This document shows, one piece after another, positions 30,061-32,000 of a stretch of DNA of 32,000 nt. The translations under genes and the position numbers were made by a program. The first letter of the stretch is position 1. Each line of letters begins with the position of its first letter. Source of the stretch: Prochlorococcus marinus subsp. pastoris str. CCMP1986 (GTDB lineage: Bacteria > Cyanobacteriota > Cyanobacteriia > PCC-6307 > Cyanobiaceae). The notes below the pieces were generated by a model. It was not told the DNA's origin. It ran no database searches and saw only the letters and a list, made by a program, of their open reading frames with translations. The DNA is taken from contig NC_005072.1 in assembly GCF_000011465.1 (NCBI RefSeq), positions 480,001 through 512,000 of the forward strand, in the 5' to 3' direction.

Positions 30061-30768
30061 TCACAATAATTCTTTAATCTTATCTGTTTTATAGTAGATT
30101 TTTTCAATTTTTATATTTGACTTCGATTCTAGAAATGAATTAATCAAATATTTAATTATTTCGTCATTAGTGAGATTTAAATTAATTTTTTTGGGAGGCT
30201 CTTCTCCAAATAATCTGAACCACAAGTCTCTTGGGGGGTTAAGCTGAATTTCCCCATGCTGAAGAAATGCCCCTTTCTTTCTGTATTGGGCGCTTCCTAT
30301 ACGTTTAAAACCATATTGATCAACTAAATCAGACACATAAGATGATTCAAAACAGTTCTCTTTAATTATTGATTTTTTTAAAGTTCCTCTTTTTAAACTT
30401 AAACCTAAATCATTAAAACTTTTAATTAACCAATTATTTACTAGCTCATAACTAAAGATCTTATAAGAAGGTTTTTTAAATGTTAAAGCGTATGTGATCC
30501 CTCCAGAATGAAGTACTGCACCGCCTCCTGAGGGTCTTCTTACTACCTTAATGATGCCATCCTCTAAAAGCTTTTCCCAATGAGGTGGAATTGCTTTTTG
30601 ATGATAACCAAGAGAAATCCAATTTCCCTCCCAATGATAGAACCTTAATGTAAAAAGAATTTCAACTTTGGAAATAGTTTTTTCTAAAAAATGTAAATCT
30701 AGAGCCATTTGTTCAACTCCAGTTAATTTCATTGTTGAAATGATTAAAGCTTGATTATCTATTCTCAA
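30061..30768 (-). CDS. lipoate-protein ligase A family (biotin/lipoyl ligase fold)
   Basis: 235 aa; NWISLGYHQKA, VVRRPSGGGAVLHSGGITYALTF. Confidence 0.88.
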   Translation of the reverse strand: MRIDNQALIISTMKLTGVEQMALDLHFLEKTISKVEILFTLRFYHWEGNWISLGYHQKAIPPHWEKLLEDGIIKVVRRPSGGGAVLHSGGITYALTFKKPSYKIFSYELVNNWLIKSFNDLGLSLKRGTLKKSIIKENCFESSYVSDLVDQYGFKRIGSAQYRKKGAFLQHGEIQLNPPRDLWFRLFGEEPPKKINLNLTNDEIIKYLINSFLESKSNIKIEKIYYKTDKIKELL

Positions 30769-30865
30769 AACTATTTTTTGATTTAATTACGTAACAGCAT
30801 TTTGTAATAGTCTATCAATTTTTCACTTTTGGGTAGAGAATATAGAAAATAAATATGTATTTATT

Positions 30866-30970
30866 ATGGAGCCATCTCAATCAATCAATTTAATAATACT
30901 TGGTCTTATTGTGGTAATGCATGCAGGTGTATTGGCTTTAAGACTTGGCATAAGTTTAGCTAGAACATAA
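30866..30970 (+). CDS. psaM: photosystem I reaction center subunit XII
   Basis: 34-aa ORF absent from the supplied track: [34 protein letters not shown]; length and composition match PsaM. Confidence 0.88.
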
Positions 30971-31012
30971 AAAACTAATTTTGATTATAAAAAACTTTAT
31001 GTTATTAATTAA

Positions 31013-31038
31013 AGAAGACTTTTATTCTTGAGTCTTTT
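31013..31038 (+). terminator. weak stem-loop, possible psaM terminator
   Basis: AGAAGACT (31013-31020) pairs with AGTCTTTT (31031-31038), counting one G-U, over a 10-nt loop TTTATTCTTG; followed by an AT-rich stretch. Confidence 0.35.
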
Positions 31039-31059
31039 ATCTAATTTCTTAAAAATAAT

Positions 31060-31407
31060 TTGCCTAGACATTACCGTAAAAGTACTTCTACGGACAAAAG
31101 ATCTTTAGCATCTGCTATAGAGATAAACTATAAAGAACAAGAAGATTTTGTAAGCTCTGTTTTTCTTGGGTTAAAAGTTTGTTTTTCTCTTTTAGCAATA
31201 GTGAGTTTATTAAAAATTGGATATAGCTCAAAAGTTAGATTAACTAGATTGAGGGAGATTAAAAATTCTTATTTATATGAAAAATCAAGGTTTGATGGTT
31301 TAAGCAGTAGATTTGATGATTTAATCTCTTTAGAGGGCGAGCAAAGATTTATGAAGGATCAAGATCAAATGATTTCTAGAGACATAATCAGAGTAATATG
31401 GCGTTGA
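31060..31407 (+). CDS. small bitopic membrane protein, possible FtsB/DivIC-like
   Basis: 115 aa from a TTG codon; basic N-terminus, one TM (VFLGLKVCFSLLAIVSLLKIGY), then a helical charged segment and a terminal EQRFMKDQDQMISRDIIRVIW. Confidence 0.65.
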   Translation: MPRHYRKSTSTDKRSLASAIEINYKEQEDFVSSVFLGLKVCFSLLAIVSLLKIGYSSKVRLTRLREIKNSYLYEKSRFDGLSSRFDDLISLEGEQRFMKDQDQMISRDIIRVIWR

Positions 31408-31464
31408 TAAGTATGATTATAGGGTCATTTAATTATCGAATTTTTTAATTAATTTTTACAGCTT

Positions 31465-32000
31465 GTGGGTAAGAGTATTAAGGGCTTAGTCCTAATAACA
31501 GGAACAACATCAGGAGTAGGATTAAATACCTTAAAACCTTTGTTGAAATTTGGATGGGAAGTTATAGCGGTAAATCGCTCAAATAAAAGGGCAGTAGAAA
31601 TAGCTCAGCAATCTTTAACAGATTCTCAAATAAAAAATATTCATTTTATAGAAATTGATTTGTCTGATTTAGACGATGTAAGAAATGGTTGTAGTGAGAT
31701 ATTGAAAAAATTTAAAAAACCCATAAATTCTATTATTTGTAATGCTGCAGTTTATAAACCAAGATTACGGAAGCCTGAAAGGTCTCCCCAAGGATTTGAA
31801 AATTCTATGGCAGTTAATCATTTTGGTCATTTTCTCTTGATTAATCTTCTTCTTGATAATATTTTGTCCTCTGAGAAAGAAATTGATTTAAATGGTAGAA
31901 CAATTAAATTCAAACCAAGAATAACCGTATTAGGAACTGTTACGGCAAATTATTCAGAACTAGGCGGAAGAATTCCTATACCTGCTCCAGCTGATCTAGG
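31465..32000 (+). CDS. por: light-dependent protochlorophyllide reductase (3' end outside the window)
   Basis: Open frame from GTG at 31465: (M)GKSIKGLVLITGTTSGVGLNTLKPLLKFGWEVIAVNRS...NSIICNAAVYKPRLRKPERSPQGFENSMAVNHFGHFLLINLLL...; POR-type SDR. Not in the supplied ORF track. Confidence 0.92.
   Translation, partial: MGKSIKGLVLITGTTSGVGLNTLKPLLKFGWEVIAVNRSNKRAVEIAQQSLTDSQIKNIHFIEIDLSDLDDVRNGCSEILKKFKKPINSIICNAAVYKPRLRKPERSPQGFENSMAVNHFGHFLLINLLLDNILSSEKEIDLNGRTIKFKPRITVLGTVTANYSELGGRIPIPAPADL

Noticed and set aside
1-32000. CRISPR arrays, tRNA/rRNA genes, IS elements, tandem repeats
   Set aside because: Scanned by eye, with none recognised. Intergenic gaps are mostly under 180 bp. A tool-based search (tRNAscan-SE, Infernal/Rfam, CRISPR finder) would be needed to exclude small RNAs.

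Overview
This window looks like ordinary core genome from an AT-rich marine picocyanobacterium. Gene content, psaM, a light-dependent protochlorophyllide reductase, the CAB-tailed ferrochelatase and the ado/aar pair all suggest high-light Prochlorococcus; this assignment is inference from gene content, not a database result. I support about 34 protein genes: proS, a small HTH gene, ppa, an ArsC/Spx-family gene, lepB, a dihydroorotase-like gene, a tandem-domain histidine phosphatase, a CPBP protease, an FtsL-like ORF plus ftsI, tal, a geranylgeranyl-reductase-like flavoprotein, frr, pyrH, cobO, a lone tyrosine recombinase, hemH, ilvB, a secreted small protein, a YfiH/DUF152 gene, tab2-like, a three-repeat S1 gene, a creatininase-family gene, ado, aar, accA, an SDR, folE, trpF, a site-2 protease, an lplA-like gene, psaM, a small membrane protein, and por (truncated at the right edge). 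The ORF track omits two of these, psaM (34 aa, 30866..30970) and the partial por gene (GTG start at 31465). I found no tRNA, rRNA, CRISPR array, IS element or recognisable defence system, and no strong evidence for a wholly new system. The best leads are: (1) a dihydroorotase paralogue that has lost its metal-binding motifs; (2) two candidate missing divisome proteins of FtsL and FtsB/DivIC topology; (3) an ATGA-coupled S1 protein and Tab2-like translation factor pair; (4) an 11-bp-arm inverted repeat in a divergent intergenic region; (5) a lone, apparently intact tyrosine recombinase with no visible island; (6) a secreted protein with a possible degenerate SNase/OB fold; (7) a creatininase-family gene and an SDR flanking the alkane biosynthesis genes.
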